DNA from: the human T2T-CHM13v2.0 reference genome, Homo sapiens
NCBI RefSeq assembly: GCF_009914755.1
Contig: NC_060930.1
Strand: one strand, 5' to 3'
Length of the DNA stretch: 64,000 nt
The position numbers and the translations under genes were made by a program. Shown piece after piece: positions 1 to 17,581 of the stretch. The notes beneath the pieces are model-generated. The model searched no databases. It worked only from the letters and a program-made list of their open reading frames with translations, and was not told the origin of the DNA. Position 1 is the stretch's first letter; the number at the start of each line of letters is the position of its first letter.

Positions 1-2188
<2,188 letters not shown>

Positions 2189-2485
2189 TCAAGTGCCTGT
2201 TTATCTCAGTGGTATTTCCGCCTTCCCCAACTCTTCCCAGACATTCTTTTAGGAATTAAGGATGTGATCAAACACAATCATTGACCTCATAGAATTTTCA
2301 AACTAGTGCTGGATATTAATTGATCAGATTGAGCAATAGCACCTTATATTTGCCATCCCTGACTTCAGAGTAGTATCTCCTGCTTTTCTTGTACCCAGCT
2401 GTTGTGGTGTACTAAGTGTTGCTTTAATTCAGAAATTTTCTTTAGCTCTTCATTAAATAAGAGTGGGTGGAGTTTATTCTGGATT

Positions 2486-2650
2486 GTGTGTGTGTGTATG
2501 TGTGTGTGTCTAACAACAGAGAGAGAAGTAGAGAGGAAGGGAGGGAGGGAGGGATGGGGAAGAGAGTGAAAGTGGGAGAGAGAGAGAGAAAGAGAAAGAG
2601 ACAGAGAAAGAGTAAGAGAGAAAGAGAGCAAGTGATAGAGAGAGAGAATG
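2486..2650. repeat. (GT)n followed by ~130-bp GA-rich polypurine tract
   Basis: Read directly. Confidence 0.9.
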
Positions 2651-3506
2651 TGTTATAGATAAGAGGGACTTGAATCTGTTAATATGCTGAAGAGGGACGA
2701 GTAGAGAAGGTATAATTCGTGCACTTGGGACTTTTGGGAGAAAAGAGGGAATGGAACCTAAGATATAGAGGAATAATTCACCTTAGGAGAAGAGTGGGGC
2801 ACTATACCTCCGAGAAAAATTAAAATGGAAAATAAGGATGGATTTGTAGATGGGTGAGAAATATTGAATAGGATCCTCTCCGATAGTCTTTATATGGTGG
2901 GCGGAAAAGTCAACTGAGATTGAAATAATGTTATGGAATAAGGATTCCAGAGACACTGATGAATTTTATTTATTAGTATTATAGGAGACTAACTGGGGCC
3001 AAACAAAAAGATTGTTGATCAGTGATGAGGGACCACTGAAGTTGGAGACCATGACTTTAGAGAGCACTGATTCATTTCATATATGTTAACCAAATCCGTA
3101 TGTCCGTATGTCCAGCTATGACCTCACCTCTAAGCTGCAGACCCACATTTGCCACACACATGCACCCATCCCCTAACGCACCCCCTCAAACCCACACACC
3201 TGGACTTTTCACAGGCTTAACATTTCCCAAATAATTCATTATTTCACTCTTCAAAAACTTCACGTTACTTTCTAAATTCCTAATGGTGATAAAGGGTAAT
3301 TAAGACCTATCCAGTCTATAAATTAAAAAAAATACTAATTCATCTGAATAAATATTTATTGAGCAGTTGATTGCTCCAAGAATAATGAATTTATAGTAAA
3401 AAGAGAGGTTTGAATCCTGTCTTCAAAGAGCTTATGAAATTTATAACCACATCATAGACAATTACAATGTCATTCTTGTTTGTTATATTGTAGTGTCCTC
3501 TTAAAA

Positions 3507-3580
3507 CAGTAATCAGCAAACTGCAGCTCATGGGCCAAATCCAACCTACTGACGGTTATTGCATGGATTGTGACCTAAAG
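3507..3580 (+). mobile_element. MER58B (hAT-Charlie MITE), 5' fragment
   Basis: CAGTAATCAGCAAACTGCAGCTCATGGGCCAAATCCAACCTACT resembles the MER58 5' terminus CAGGGGTCGGCAAACTACGGCCCGCGGGCCAAATCCGGCC. Confidence 0.7.
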
Positions 3581-3582
3581 CT

Positions 3583-6415
3583 TTTTTCTTCACTTTTTTT
3601 ATAAGAGTGAAATTCAAATTACATAAAATTAACAGTTTTATACTGTACATTTCAATTTCATTTAATACATTCACAGCTACTACCTATAGCAACTTCTAAA
3701 ACATTTTTGTCATCTCAAAAGAAAGTACCACATTCATTAAGCATTCATTCCCCATTGTTTCCCGCCACCCCCTCTTCCCTGGTGTATTAGTCTGTTCTCA
3801 CACTGCAAAAGGACATACCCGAGACTGGGTAATTTATAAAGGAAAGAGGTTTAATTGACTCACAGTTCCGCATGGCTGGGGAGGCCTCAGGAAACTTACA
3901 ATCATGGCAGAAGGGGAAGCAATCATATCTTTCTTCACATGGCAGCAGGGGAGAGAAATGCAGAGCAAAGGAGGGAAAAGCCCTTTATAGAACCATCAGA
4001 TCTCATGAAGACTCACTCACTGTCATGAGAACAGCATGAGGGAACCACCCCCATGATTTAATCACCTTCTGCAAGGTCCCTCCCCCCAACATGTGGCAAT
4101 TACAATTCAGATTACAATTCAAGATGAGACTTGGGTGGGGACGCAGAGCCAGACCATGTTATTCTGCCTCTGGCTTTGGCCAAATCTCATCTTTCTCACA
4201 TTCTAAAACACGATTATGCCTTCCCAACAGTTGCCCAAAGTCTTAATTCCTTTCAGCATTAACCCAAAAGTACAACTCCATAGTCTTATCTGAGACAAGG
4301 CAAGTCCCTTCTACCTATGAGCCTGTAAAATAAAAAGCAAGGTAGTTATTTCCTAGATAAAATGAATGATATACAGGCATTGGGTAAATACACCTATTCC
4401 AAATGGGATAAATTGGCCAAAACAAAGGGACTACAGGCCCCATGCAATTCCAAAATCATACAAGGCAGTAATTAAATCTTAAAGCTCCAAAATAATTTCT
4501 TTTGTCTGCATGCCTCACATCCAGGTCACGCTGATGCAAGAGGTGGGCTCCCAGGGACTTGGGCAGCTCTGCCCCTATGACTTTCCAGGGTACAGGCCCC
4601 CTCCTGGCTGCTTTCACAGGCTAGTGTTGAGTGTCTGCAGCTTTTCCAGGCACACAGTGCAAGCTGTTGGTGGATCTACCATTCTGGGGTCTAGAGGGCA
4701 GTGGCCCTCTTCTCACAGCTCCACTAGGTAGTGCCCCAGTGGGGACCCTGTGTGGGGGCTCTAACCCCACATTTTCCTTCTGCACTGCCCTCGCAGAGGT
4801 TCTCCAAGATGGCTCCACCCCTGCAGCAAACTTCTGCCTTGACATCCAAGTCTTTCCACATTTTCAGATATGTTTATAGCAGCACCCCACTCTCTGCGGT
4901 ACCAATTTACTGTATTAGTCCATTCTCATGCAGCTATGAAGAAATACCCAAGACTGGGTAGTTTATAAAGAAAAGAGGTTTAATTGACTCACAGTTCTGT
5001 ATGGCTGGGGGAGGTATCAGGAAACTTACAATCATGGCAGAAAGCACTTCTTCACAGGGCGGCAAGAGAGAGAATGAGTGCCAAGCAAAGGGGGAAAAGC
5101 CCCTTATAAAACCAACAGATCTATTGAGAACTCACTCAGTATCATGAGAACAACATAGGGGAACTGCCTCCATGATCTAATCACCTCCCACAAGGTCCCT
5201 CCTCCAACACGTGGGGATTACAATTCAGATTACAATTCAAGATGATATTTAAGTGAGGACACAGAGCCAGACCATATCACCTGGCAACCAGCATTATGTT
5301 TTCTGTCTGCATAGAATTACCTCTTCTGGATATTTCATATAAATAAATCTTGCAACAGATGACCTTTTGCATCTGACTTTTTTCATATAGCCTAATGTTT
5401 TTGAGGTTCCTCCACATTACAGCATGTATCTGTACTTCATTCCTTTTTATGACTAAATATTATTTCATTATATGTCTAAATCACATATTATTTACCAATA
5501 TATCCATTGATGAACATTTGAGTTGTTTTCAGTGTCTGGATGGAGTGTGTGTGGAGGGGATGGGGCAGGCAGGAAGGAAGAAATTGACTGTTATGAATGG
5601 TACTGCTATGAATATGCATCTACCTGTATTTGTTTAAGTCTCTGTTTTTAATAATTTGGGGTATATACCTAGTGGGGGAATTGCTGGGTAATTTGGTAAT
5701 ACTATGTTTCATTTTTTGAGAAACTGCCAGACAGTCTTCTACAGTGGCTGCAACATTTTACATTCCTGCCACCAGTGCGGGAATGTTTCAATTTCTTCAC
5801 ATTCTCACCAATACTTGTTATTTTCCATTTTTAAAACACCATCCTCCTGGGTGTGAAGTGGTATCTTATGGTTTATATTTTGCATTTCACTAATGGCTAA
5901 TTGTGTTGAGCATCTTTTCATGTACTTGTTGGCCATTTGTATATCTTCTTTGAAGAAACATATATTTAGGTCCTTTGTTTGCTTTTTAATTGTTTTTTTT
6001 TGTTATTGAGTTATGAGTTATTTAGCTATAAGAGTTCTGAATAGTAGATGCTCATCAGGTATGTAATTTGTGAATATTTCCTATTATTCTATAGGTTGTT
6101 CACATTCTTGATAATGTATATTGATGCACAAAAGTTTATTTACAATTTTAATAAAGTTCAACTTACCCATTTTTTCTTTTGTTGTTTATGCCACTGGTGT
6201 CATATCTAAGAACCCACTGCCAAATTCAAGGTTATGAAGATTTATCCCTATGTTTTCTTCTGTTTCATAGTTTTAGGCATTACACTTACGTCATTGATCC
6301 ATTTTGAGTGAATTGTTGTATACACTATGAGGTAAAGATCCAACTTCATCTTTTGCGTATGAATATTCAGTTGTCTAAGCACCATTTATAAAAAGACTAT
6401 TGTTTCTTCATTGAA
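3583..6415 (-). mobile_element. Old L1 (L1MB-like) 3' end and ORF2 tail, interrupted by THE1 at 3783-5279
   Basis: L1MB-type 3' UTR in reverse; reads continuously as ...CCCTGG|CAACCA... across the THE1 insertion. Confidence 0.8.
3783..5279 (-). mobile_element. THE1/MST-family MaLR provirus with internal deletion (LTRs ~3783-4161 and 4911-5279)
   Basis: Two LTR copies starting TGTATTAGTC; THE1-internal sequence between them; perfect 5-bp TSD CCTGG at 3778-3782 and 5280-5284. Confidence 0.92.
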
Positions 6416-6416
6416 T

Positions 6417-6581
6417 AGTATTTTAGTCCATTTGCATTGCTATAATGGACTACCTGAGGCTGGGTGATTTATAAAGAATAGAAGTTTATTTGGGTCACAG
6501 TTTTGCAGGCTGTACAAGAAGCATGTTACTAGCATTTGCTTCTGGTGAGGGCTTTAGGGAATTTCCACTCATGCTGGGAAG
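6417..6581 (-). mobile_element. MSTB-like LTR fragment (truncated)
   Basis: TTAGTCCATTTGCATTGCTATAATGGACTACCTGAGGCTGGGTG...GCAGGCTGTACAAGAAGCATG matches MST LTR sequence. Confidence 0.75.
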
Positions 6582-6611
6582 CAACTAAGGGAAGAAGGTA
6601 AAAAACAGGAG

Positions 6612-9600
6612 GGAGAGGTGGAGCAAGATGGCAGAATAGAGGGCTCCACCGATCCCTGCTTCCCTTGCACAAGGAAATTCTGCAGCTGAAAAATGCAACT
6701 GGTACACTGAAGAATGTATCATAGCCTTTTAATTGTTGAATTGATCAAGTGGAAGAAAGAATTAGTAAGCTTGAAGACGAGCTATTTGAAAATACACAGT
6801 CAGAGGAGACAAAAGAAAAAATAATAAAAAACAATAAAGCATGCTTACAGAATGTAGAAAATAGCTTCAATGGGGAAAATCTAAGATTTATTGGCCTTAA
6901 AGAGTATATACAGAAAGAGATATGGGTAGAAAGTTTATTCAAAGGGATAGTATCAGAGAACTTCTCAAACCAAGTGAAAGATATCAACATTCAAGTACAA
7001 GAAGGCTATAGAATACCAAGCAGATTTAACCCAAAGAAGACTACCTCAAGACATTTATTAATCACATTCTCAAAGGTCAAGAGTAAGGAAAGGATCCTAA
7101 AAGCAGCAAGAGAAAATAAAACAAATAGCATACAATGGAGCCCCAAAACACCTGGCAGCAGACTTTTCAGTGGAAACCTTACAGTAGAGGAGAGATTGAC
7201 ATGACATATATAAAATGTGGAAGGGGAAAAAAAAACTTTTACCCTAGAGTAGTATATTCTATTAAAATACCCTTCAAACATGAAGGAGAAATAAAGACTT
7301 TCCCAGACAAACAAAAGCTAAGGGACTTCATCAATACTAGCCCTGTCCTACAAGAGATGTGAAAGGAAGTACATCAATCAGAAATAAAATTATGTTAATG
7401 AGTAATAAATAATCACCTGAAGGTACAAAACTTGCTGGTAGTAGTAAATACATAGAAAAACAAGGAATATTATAACATTGTAACTGTGATGTGTAAACTA
7501 CTCTTATTCTAAGTAGAAAGATTAATGAACCAATCAAAAATGATAACTACAACTATTCAAGACATAGTCAGTACCTTAAGATATAAATAGAAACAACAAA
7601 AAGTTTAAAAGCTGTGGGACGAAGTTAAGGCTTAGAGTTTTTATTAGTTTTCTTTTCATTTGTTTGTTTATGTGAAAAATTTTAAGTTGTTACTAGGCTA
7701 AATAATTTTTTAATTTTAATTTAATTTAATTTTATTTTGAGACAGAGTCTCACTGTGTCACCCAGGCTGCAGTGGCGCAATCTCGGCTCACTGCAACCTC
7801 TGCCTCCTGACTTCAAGGGATTCTCCTGCCTCAACCTCCCTAGTAGCTAGGATTACAGGCGTGCACAACCATGCCCAGCTATTTTTTTAAACTTATTTTT
7901 AATAGAGATGGGGTTTTGCCATTTTGGCCAGGCTGGTCTCGAACTCCTGACCTCAAGTGATCTACCTGTTTGTAAGCCTCATGGTAACCTCAGATCAAAA
8001 AACATACAATAAAGACACAAAAAATAAAAATCAAGAAACTAAATCATATCACCAGAGAAAATCATTTTCACTAAAAGAAGACAGGAAGGAAAGATAAAAG
8101 AAGGAGAAGAACACCACACAACCAGAAAACAAATAACAAAATGGCAGGATTAAGTCCTCACTTATCAATAATAATGTTGAATGTAATGGAGAAAACACTC
8201 CAACCAAAAGACATTGAGTAGCTGAAAGAACTTAAAAAATAAGACTCTATGATCTATTGCTTCAAGAAATGCACTTCATCTATAAAGACATACGCAAACT
8301 AAAAAGAAAGAAATGTAAAAAGATATTCCATGCAAATGGAAAGCAAAAAAGAACAGAAGTAGCTATACTTAAATCAGACAAAATAGATTTCAAGAAAAAA
8401 ACTATAAGAAAACAAAGAAAACAAAGAAGGTCACTGTATGATGATAAAGGCGTCAATTCAGCAAGACGATTTTAAATATATATGCACCCAACATTGAGGC
8501 ACCCAGATATATAAAGCAAATATTATTAGAGCTAATGAAAATGATAGGCCCAACACAATAATAGCTGGAGACTTCAACACCCCACTTTCAGCATTGGACA
8601 GATCTTCCAGACAGAAAATCAGCAAAGAAACATTGGATTTAATCTGCAATATAGACCAAATGGATCTAATCAATATTTAGAGAACATTTCATCCAATGGC
8701 TACAGAATACACATTCTTTTCCTCAGCACATGGATCATTCTCAAGGATAGACCATATATTAGGTCACAAAACAAGTCTTAAAAAAATTCAAAAAAATTGA
8801 AGTAATATCAAGCATCTTTCCTGACTACAATAGAATAAAACTAGAAATCAATAACAAGAGAAATTTTGGAAACTGTACGAATACATGGAAATTAAACAAT
8901 ATGCTCCTGAAAGACCTGTACCTGGAAGACAATGAAGAAATTAAGAAGGAAATTGAAAAATTTCTTGAAACAAATGATAATGGAAACACAACATACCAAA
9001 ACCTATGGGAACAACAAAAGCACTGTAAAGAGGAAAGTTTATAGCTATAAGCACCTATATCAAAAAAATAGAAACACTTCAAATAACCTAAAGATGCACC
9101 TTAAACAACTAAAACAGCAAGAGCAAACCAAACCAAAAATTAGTAGAAGAAAAGAAATAATAAAGATGAGAGCAGAAATAAATGAATTGGAAATATAGAA
9201 AACAATATGAAAGATAAATGAAAGAAAAAGTTGGTTTTTAAAAAGTTAAACAAAATTGACAAACTTTTAGCCAGACTAGGAAAAAAAGAGAGAAGACCCA
9301 AATAAATAAAATAAGAGATGAAAAAGGAGATATTACAACTAATACTGCAGAAATTCAAAGGATCATTAGTGGTTACAATGAGCAACTATATGCCAATAAA
9401 TTGGAAAATCCAAATGAAATGGACAAATTTTAGACACGTGCAACCTACCAAGATTGAATCAGGAAGAAATTCAAAACCCAAACAGACCAGTAACAAATAA
9501 CAAGATCAAAGCCATAATAACGTCTCCAAATAAAGAAAAGCCTGGGACCTGATGGCTTTACTGCTGAATTCTACCAAACATTTAAAGAAGTTCTAATACC

Positions 9601-12302
9601 AATCCTACTCAAACTATTCTGAAAAATAGGGAGGAAGGAATGCATTTAAACTCATTCTTTGAGGCCAGTTTTACCCTGATACCAAAAACCAAAGACACAT
9701 CAAAAAAAGAAATCTACAGGCCAATACCTCTGATAAATATGGATGCAATAATCTCCAACAAAAATTTAAACATTCTCAAAAAAATGCTTGCAAACCCAAT
9801 GCAACAATACATTAAAAAGATCACTCATCATGACCAAGTGGGATTTATCCCTGGGATTCAGATTGTTTAGCATGTGCAAATCAATCAATGTGATACACTG
9901 CTCAACAGAATGAAGGACAAAAACCATATGATCATTTCAATTTATGCTGAAAAAACATTTGATAAAATTCAACATCCCTTCATGATAAAAACCCTCAAGA
10001 AACTGGGTATAGAAGGAACATACTTTAACTTAATAAAAGTAATATACTGCAGACTCAGAGCTAGTATCATACTGAATGGGGTAAAACTGAAAATCTTTCT
10101 TTTAAGATCTGGAATACAACAAGGATGCCCACTTTCACCACGGTAATTCAACATAGTGCTGAAAATTCTAGTAAAGCAATCAGAAGAGAAACAAGTAAAG
10201 GGCATCCAAATTGGAAAGAAAGAAGTCAAATTATCCTTTTTGACAGATGATATGATCTTATATTTGGAAAAACCTAAGGATTCCACAGGAAAACTATTAG
10301 AACTGATAAACAAATTTAGTAAAGTTGCAAGATGCAAAATTAACATACAAAAATCAGTAGCATTTCTATACGCCAACAATGAACCATCTGAAAAAGAAAT
10401 CAATAAAATAATCCCATTTACAATAGCCACAAATAAAATTAAATACTTAGTAATTAACTTAACCAAAGCAGTGAAGGATCTCTATAATAAAAATTATAAA
10501 ACACTAGTGAAAGAAATTGAAGAGGACATATGTTCATGGATTGGAAAAATCTGTATTGCTAAAATGTCCATACTACCCAAATCAATCTACAGATTCAACA
10601 CAATCCTTATAAAAATACCTATAGCGTTCTTCATGGAAATAGAAAAGACAAACCTAAAATTTATATGGAACCACAAAAGACCTAGAATAACCAAAACTAT
10701 TCTAAGCAAAAAGAGCAAAACTAGAGGAATCACATTAACTGACTTCAAATTATACTACAGAGCTATAGTAACCAAATAAGCATGATGCTGGCATAAATAC
10801 AGACACATAGACCAATGGAACAGAATAAAGAACCCAGAAACAAATCTACACACCTACAGTGAATTCATTTTTGACAAAGGTGCCAAGAACATGCACTGGG
10901 GAAAAGACAGTCTTCAATACATGCTGCTGGGAAAACTGGATATTCACATGCAGAAGAATGAAACTAGACCCTATCTCTTGCCATTTACAAAAATTCAATC
11001 AAAATAGATTAAAGATTTAAATCTAAGACCTCAGGCTACGAAATGACTACAAGAAAACATTGGAGGAACTCTCTATGCAAGACATTGGCCTGGGCAAAAA
11101 ATTTATTGAGTAATACCCCACAAGCATAAGCAACTAAAGCAAAAAAGGACAAATGGGCTCGCATCAAGAAAAAGCTTCTGCACAGCAAAGGATACAGTCA
11201 ACAAAGGAAGGAGACAACCCACATAATCGTAGAAAATATTTGCAAACTACTTATCTGACAAGATATTAATAACTAGAATGTATAAGGAGCTCAAACAACT
11301 CTATAGGAAAAATATAATTATCCAGCCAAAAACTGGGCACAAGATCTGAGTAGACATTTCTCAGACAAACAAATGGCAAACAGGCATTTGAAAAGGGGCT
11401 CAACATCATTGATCATCAGATAAATGCAAGTCAAAACTACAATGAGATATTATCTTACCCCAGTTAAAATGGCTTATACCCAAAAGACAGACAATAACAA
11501 ATTCTGAAGAAAAGGGAACCCTGATACACTGTTAGTGGGAATGTGAATTAGTATAACCACTATGGAAAATAGTTTGAAGATTCCTCAAAAACACTAAAAA
11601 TATCACTACCACATGATCCAGCAATCTTCCTATTGCTGGGTATATACTCTAAAGAAAGGAAATCAGTATATTCAAAGAGATATCTGCACTCCCATGTTTG
11701 TTGCTGCACTGTCCACAATATCCAAGATTTGGAAGCAATCCAAGTGTTCATCAACAGATGAATAGATAAATAAAATGTGGTACATATACACAATGGAGTA
11801 CTATTCAGCCATAAAAAGAATGTGATCCTGTCATTTGCAACAACATAGATGGAACTGGAGGTCATTATGTTAAATGAAATAAGAAAGGCAGGAAGAAACA
11901 TCACGTATTCTCACTTATTTGTAGGATCTAAAAGTTAAAACAATTGAACTCATGGACACAGACAGTAGAAGAATGATTATCAGAAACTGGGAAGGGTATT
12001 GGGGGTGGATAGGAGGTGGAAATTGTTAATGCGTACCAAAAAATAGCTAGTAAGAATGGGTAAGACCTACTATTTGATAGCACAACAGGGTGACTATAGT
12101 AAATAATAACTACACTTTAAAATAACTAAATGAGTACGATTGGGTTGTTTATTACAAAAAGGATAAATGGTTGAGGAGATGGATACCCCATTCTCCATGA
12201 TGTGATTATTATGCATTGCATGCCTGTATTAAAACATTTCATGTACCCCATAAATATATGTACCTACTATATACCTACACTTGAAAATAAAACATTTTTA
12301 AA
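6612..12302 (+). mobile_element. Near full-length degenerate L1 (L1MA2-like): 5' tip, partial ORF1, ORF2, 3' UTR
   Basis: 5' tip GGAGCAAGATGGCAGAATAGAGGGCTCCACCGATC; ORF1 fragments 6749-7362; ORF2 EN/RT fragments 8140-11900 ([12 protein letters not shown]); L1MA-type 3' UTR ending in an A-rich tail at ~12290. Confidence 0.9.
7705..7968 (-). mobile_element. AluS, 5'-truncated, inserted in the L1MA2-like element
   Basis: T-rich tail, GAGACAGAGTCTCAC...CTCGAACTCCTGACCTCAAGTGATC; lacks the first ~50 nt of Alu. Confidence 0.92.
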
Positions 12303-15298
12303 AATGCAACTAATTTTTGTGTGTTGATCTTGTATCCTTCGACTTTGCTAAATTTGTTTATTACCTCTCGTAATTTTTTGTGTGGATTCTTTAGAATTTT
12401 TTTATGTATGTATTTTGTAAATATCCATTTTTTCTATGCAAAGGAATAGTTTTACTTCTTTTTTCCCAATTTGAATGATTTTATTTCTTTTTTCTTGTCT
12501 AGTAGTCTTTGGCTAAAATGTTCAGTGCATTATTGAATAGCATTGGTAAAAGTGAGCATCCATGTCTTGTTCCTGATTTCAGGGAAAAGGCTTTATGTTT
12601 TTCACTATTGAGTATAATATTAGCTTTTTTTTTCTTTTTTAAATAAATGTGCTTTATCAGGTTGAGGAAGTTCTATTTTATCTCTGATTTTTAAATTAAA
12701 TTATTTTAATTATTAAAGGGTGTTCAATTTTGCCAAATGCTTTTCCTGTATAAATTAAGGTGGTAAATTTTTAAAAATTTCATTAATGTGTTATATTACA
12801 TTGAGTGATTCTTGTATATTGAATAACTTGCATTTCTGGGATGAATCATGCTTATGGCATATAATCCTTTTACTGGGCTGCTGTATTCAGTTTGCCAATA
12901 TTTTTGAAAATTTTTGTATCTATATTCACATGGAATATTAATCTCTTAAACTAATAAAAATATATTATGAATTAACACCACCTTATCTTCAATAGTATAC
13001 AAAAACTTTGCTCCCTAGAGCTCTACCACCCCCTTTGTGTTGTTTTCACAAAATACATTATGCAGTGTGTGTGCATTGACATGGATTTGTAATTATTGTT
13101 TTATACCTGTGGCATTAAATTATATAGGAAAAGAAAGAAGAGTTCCAAACCAAAAATACAATAATACTGATCTTTGAGTTTACCTATGTGGTTATCTTGA
13201 CCAGTAACATTAATTCTTTGTATGGCTTCAAGTTACTGTCTAGAGTCATTTCATTTCCATCTGAAGAATAGAACTCCTTTGTAGCATTTATTATAGGGCA
13301 GTGCTACTGGTGACAAACTCCCATAGCTTATGTTCATCAAATAATATCTTAATTTTGTCTTCATTTCTGAAAAACGGTTTTGCTGAATATACAATACTTA
13401 AATGACAGTATTTTCTTTCAGCATTTTAACTCTGTCATTCCTGTTTTCTGGCCTTTATTGTTTCTGCTGAGAAACTGACTGCTAATGTTGTTGAGGATTC
13501 CTTGTAACTGTAAATTTGCTTTTCTCATGCTGCTTTCAAGATTTTGTCTCTGTCTTTTACTTCTGACAGTTTAATTGCAATGTGTTTTGGTATGGAACTC
13601 TTTGTGTTATCCTTTTTTTGAGTTTGTTCAGATTCTTGGATATCTGCATTTGTGTCTTTATCAACATTGGGAAGTTTGTGACCATTATTTCTTTAAATAT
13701 TCTTTCTGTCTCTTTCTTTTCTCCTTCTGGAACTCCTATTATTTGTATTATTGTACACTTGATGTTGTCCCATAGTTGTTTGAGGCTCTATTTATTTCTT
13801 TTTTGTGCACCTTGGACTAAATCATTTCAATCGACCTATCCTCAAGTATGCTGATTCTTTCTTCTGCCTGTTCAAATCTGCTATGCAAACACTTGTGGAT
13901 TTTTCATTTCAGTTATAATACTTTTGAGCTCCATTTTTTATACTTTTGCTACCTTTCTTTTATAATTTTTATCTCTTTGTTAATATTCTCTACTTGCTGA
14001 GACATCGTTATTTTTGTTTCGTTACACTCTTTTTCAATGGTTTTCTTTAGCTCTTTAAATATATTTAAGAGAGCTGATTTAAAGTTTTTTTCTAGTAAGT
14101 CCAATGTTTTTGCTTCACAGGGTCAGTTTCTGTTAATTATTTCTGTGATTAGGGCATATTTCTTTTTTTTTCATACTTTGTATTTTTTGTTGCAAACTGG
14201 ACATTTTAAATATATAATGTGGTACCTCTGGAAATCAGATTCTCCCCTTTGTCAGGGTTTGGTTTTGCAGTTTTTTGTGGGTTTTAGTTGGTTGCTTGTT
14301 TAGTCACTTTTCTAAGTTATTTTGCGACTTCTGTATTCTTTGTTGTGTGTAGTCTCCAATCTGTTTCTTTAGCTTCTATTCAGCTGGTGTTTTGACAGAG
14401 TTTTCCTTAAATGCCTGGCTCCAAAAACAAAATGGAACAACAATAACAAAAAAGACAACAAAAGAAGGAAAGAAGGAAGAAAATGTAAAAAAGAAAATAA
14501 AGAAATCCTCCTATGCTTTGCAGCTTTTGCTCCTTTGGGACGCTCCCAACTCAGCCAGGGTGTTTACAACTCTGCCTTAGCCTTCACTTCCTGCTTATGC
14601 TAAATCTAGACCTGAGTCAGTGGTGAAAGCCTAGAGTGTTCTCAGATCTTTTCTAAGTGTGTGTTCTGCCCTGGTCATGTGCATGGTTTTCTAAATTTTC
14701 TTGTTTACATGGGTGCTTTTCAATGCCCTTATTTCTGAAGAATACTCTCCTTTTCTTCTCATGCTTTTGGCATGTCTATTGTTTATCTCAATTGGAATCT
14801 CTTGCCTCAGGTGGTAGTAGGTTGCTCATTTGTCTTACAATATTTTCAGAGAATTCCCTCAGCATGGCTCCTTTTCCACCTGAGAGCATTCCAAGTTAGC
14901 TTAAACAAAGGCAAGCACCTTGTATCAGTCCCTTGATAGCCCCTGGAAAGTCCAAAACTGATAAACACAATTTTTTGAGAACAGGGTCTTCTCTGCTTTC
15001 TTACAAACCAGAGGCCAGAGTCCCACACTGGAAATGCGGGCTTCCTACCCTCTTCAATATCATCACCAAGCTTAAGAGGGAGTTGGGCAAGAGCAAGTAT
15101 AAGTGCCCTACCATTTTCCTACCATTTTAATGATCCTTTTTTTTCTTGATTAAGTATTTGCTTGATTGATATAAATTGTTATCTGTTTTTCAGAGTTCTG
15201 ACAAAGTTGATTTTGACAGTGTTACTTGATTTTTTGGTTTTTCTATGCTGAAATGGGCCCTTGAAGCTAGCTATTCCACCATTTTGGCTAACATTATC
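12303..15298 (-). mobile_element. Continuation of the old L1M: ORF2 piece (to ~12945), then ORF1 and 5' UTR to the 5' tip
   Basis: Reverse ORF2 sequence (GATCTTGTATCCTTCGACTTTGCTAAATTTG) and reverse L1M 5' tip CTATTCCACCATTTTGGCTAACATTA. Confidence 0.72.
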
Positions 15299-15334
15299 TC
15301 TATAAATGGTTTTATATTTTAAGACTTAAAAAAA

Positions 15335-17345
<2,011 letters not shown>

Positions 17346-17581
17346 GACATTTTTAAAAATCAAAAGAATACTATTTTATGGCCTGTGAAAATTATATGAA
17401 ATTCCAAGTTAGGTGTTCATAAATATTTATCGGGACATGTCTACATTCATTCATTTACATATTATCTATGTCTGCTTCAGTGCTACAATAGCATAGTTGA
17501 GTAGTTTTGACAGAAATAATGTGGTCTGCAAGCCTGAAATATTTAGAATCTGACCCCTTACAGAAAAAAATTGCCAGCCTG
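17346..17581 (+). mobile_element. MER58B, 3' fragment
   Basis: AAAATCAAAAGAATA...GTGAAAATTATATGAAATTC...GTTGAGTAGTTTTGACAGA...TTACAGAAAAAAATTGCCAGCCTG matches the MER58B 3' half and terminus. Confidence 0.8.
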
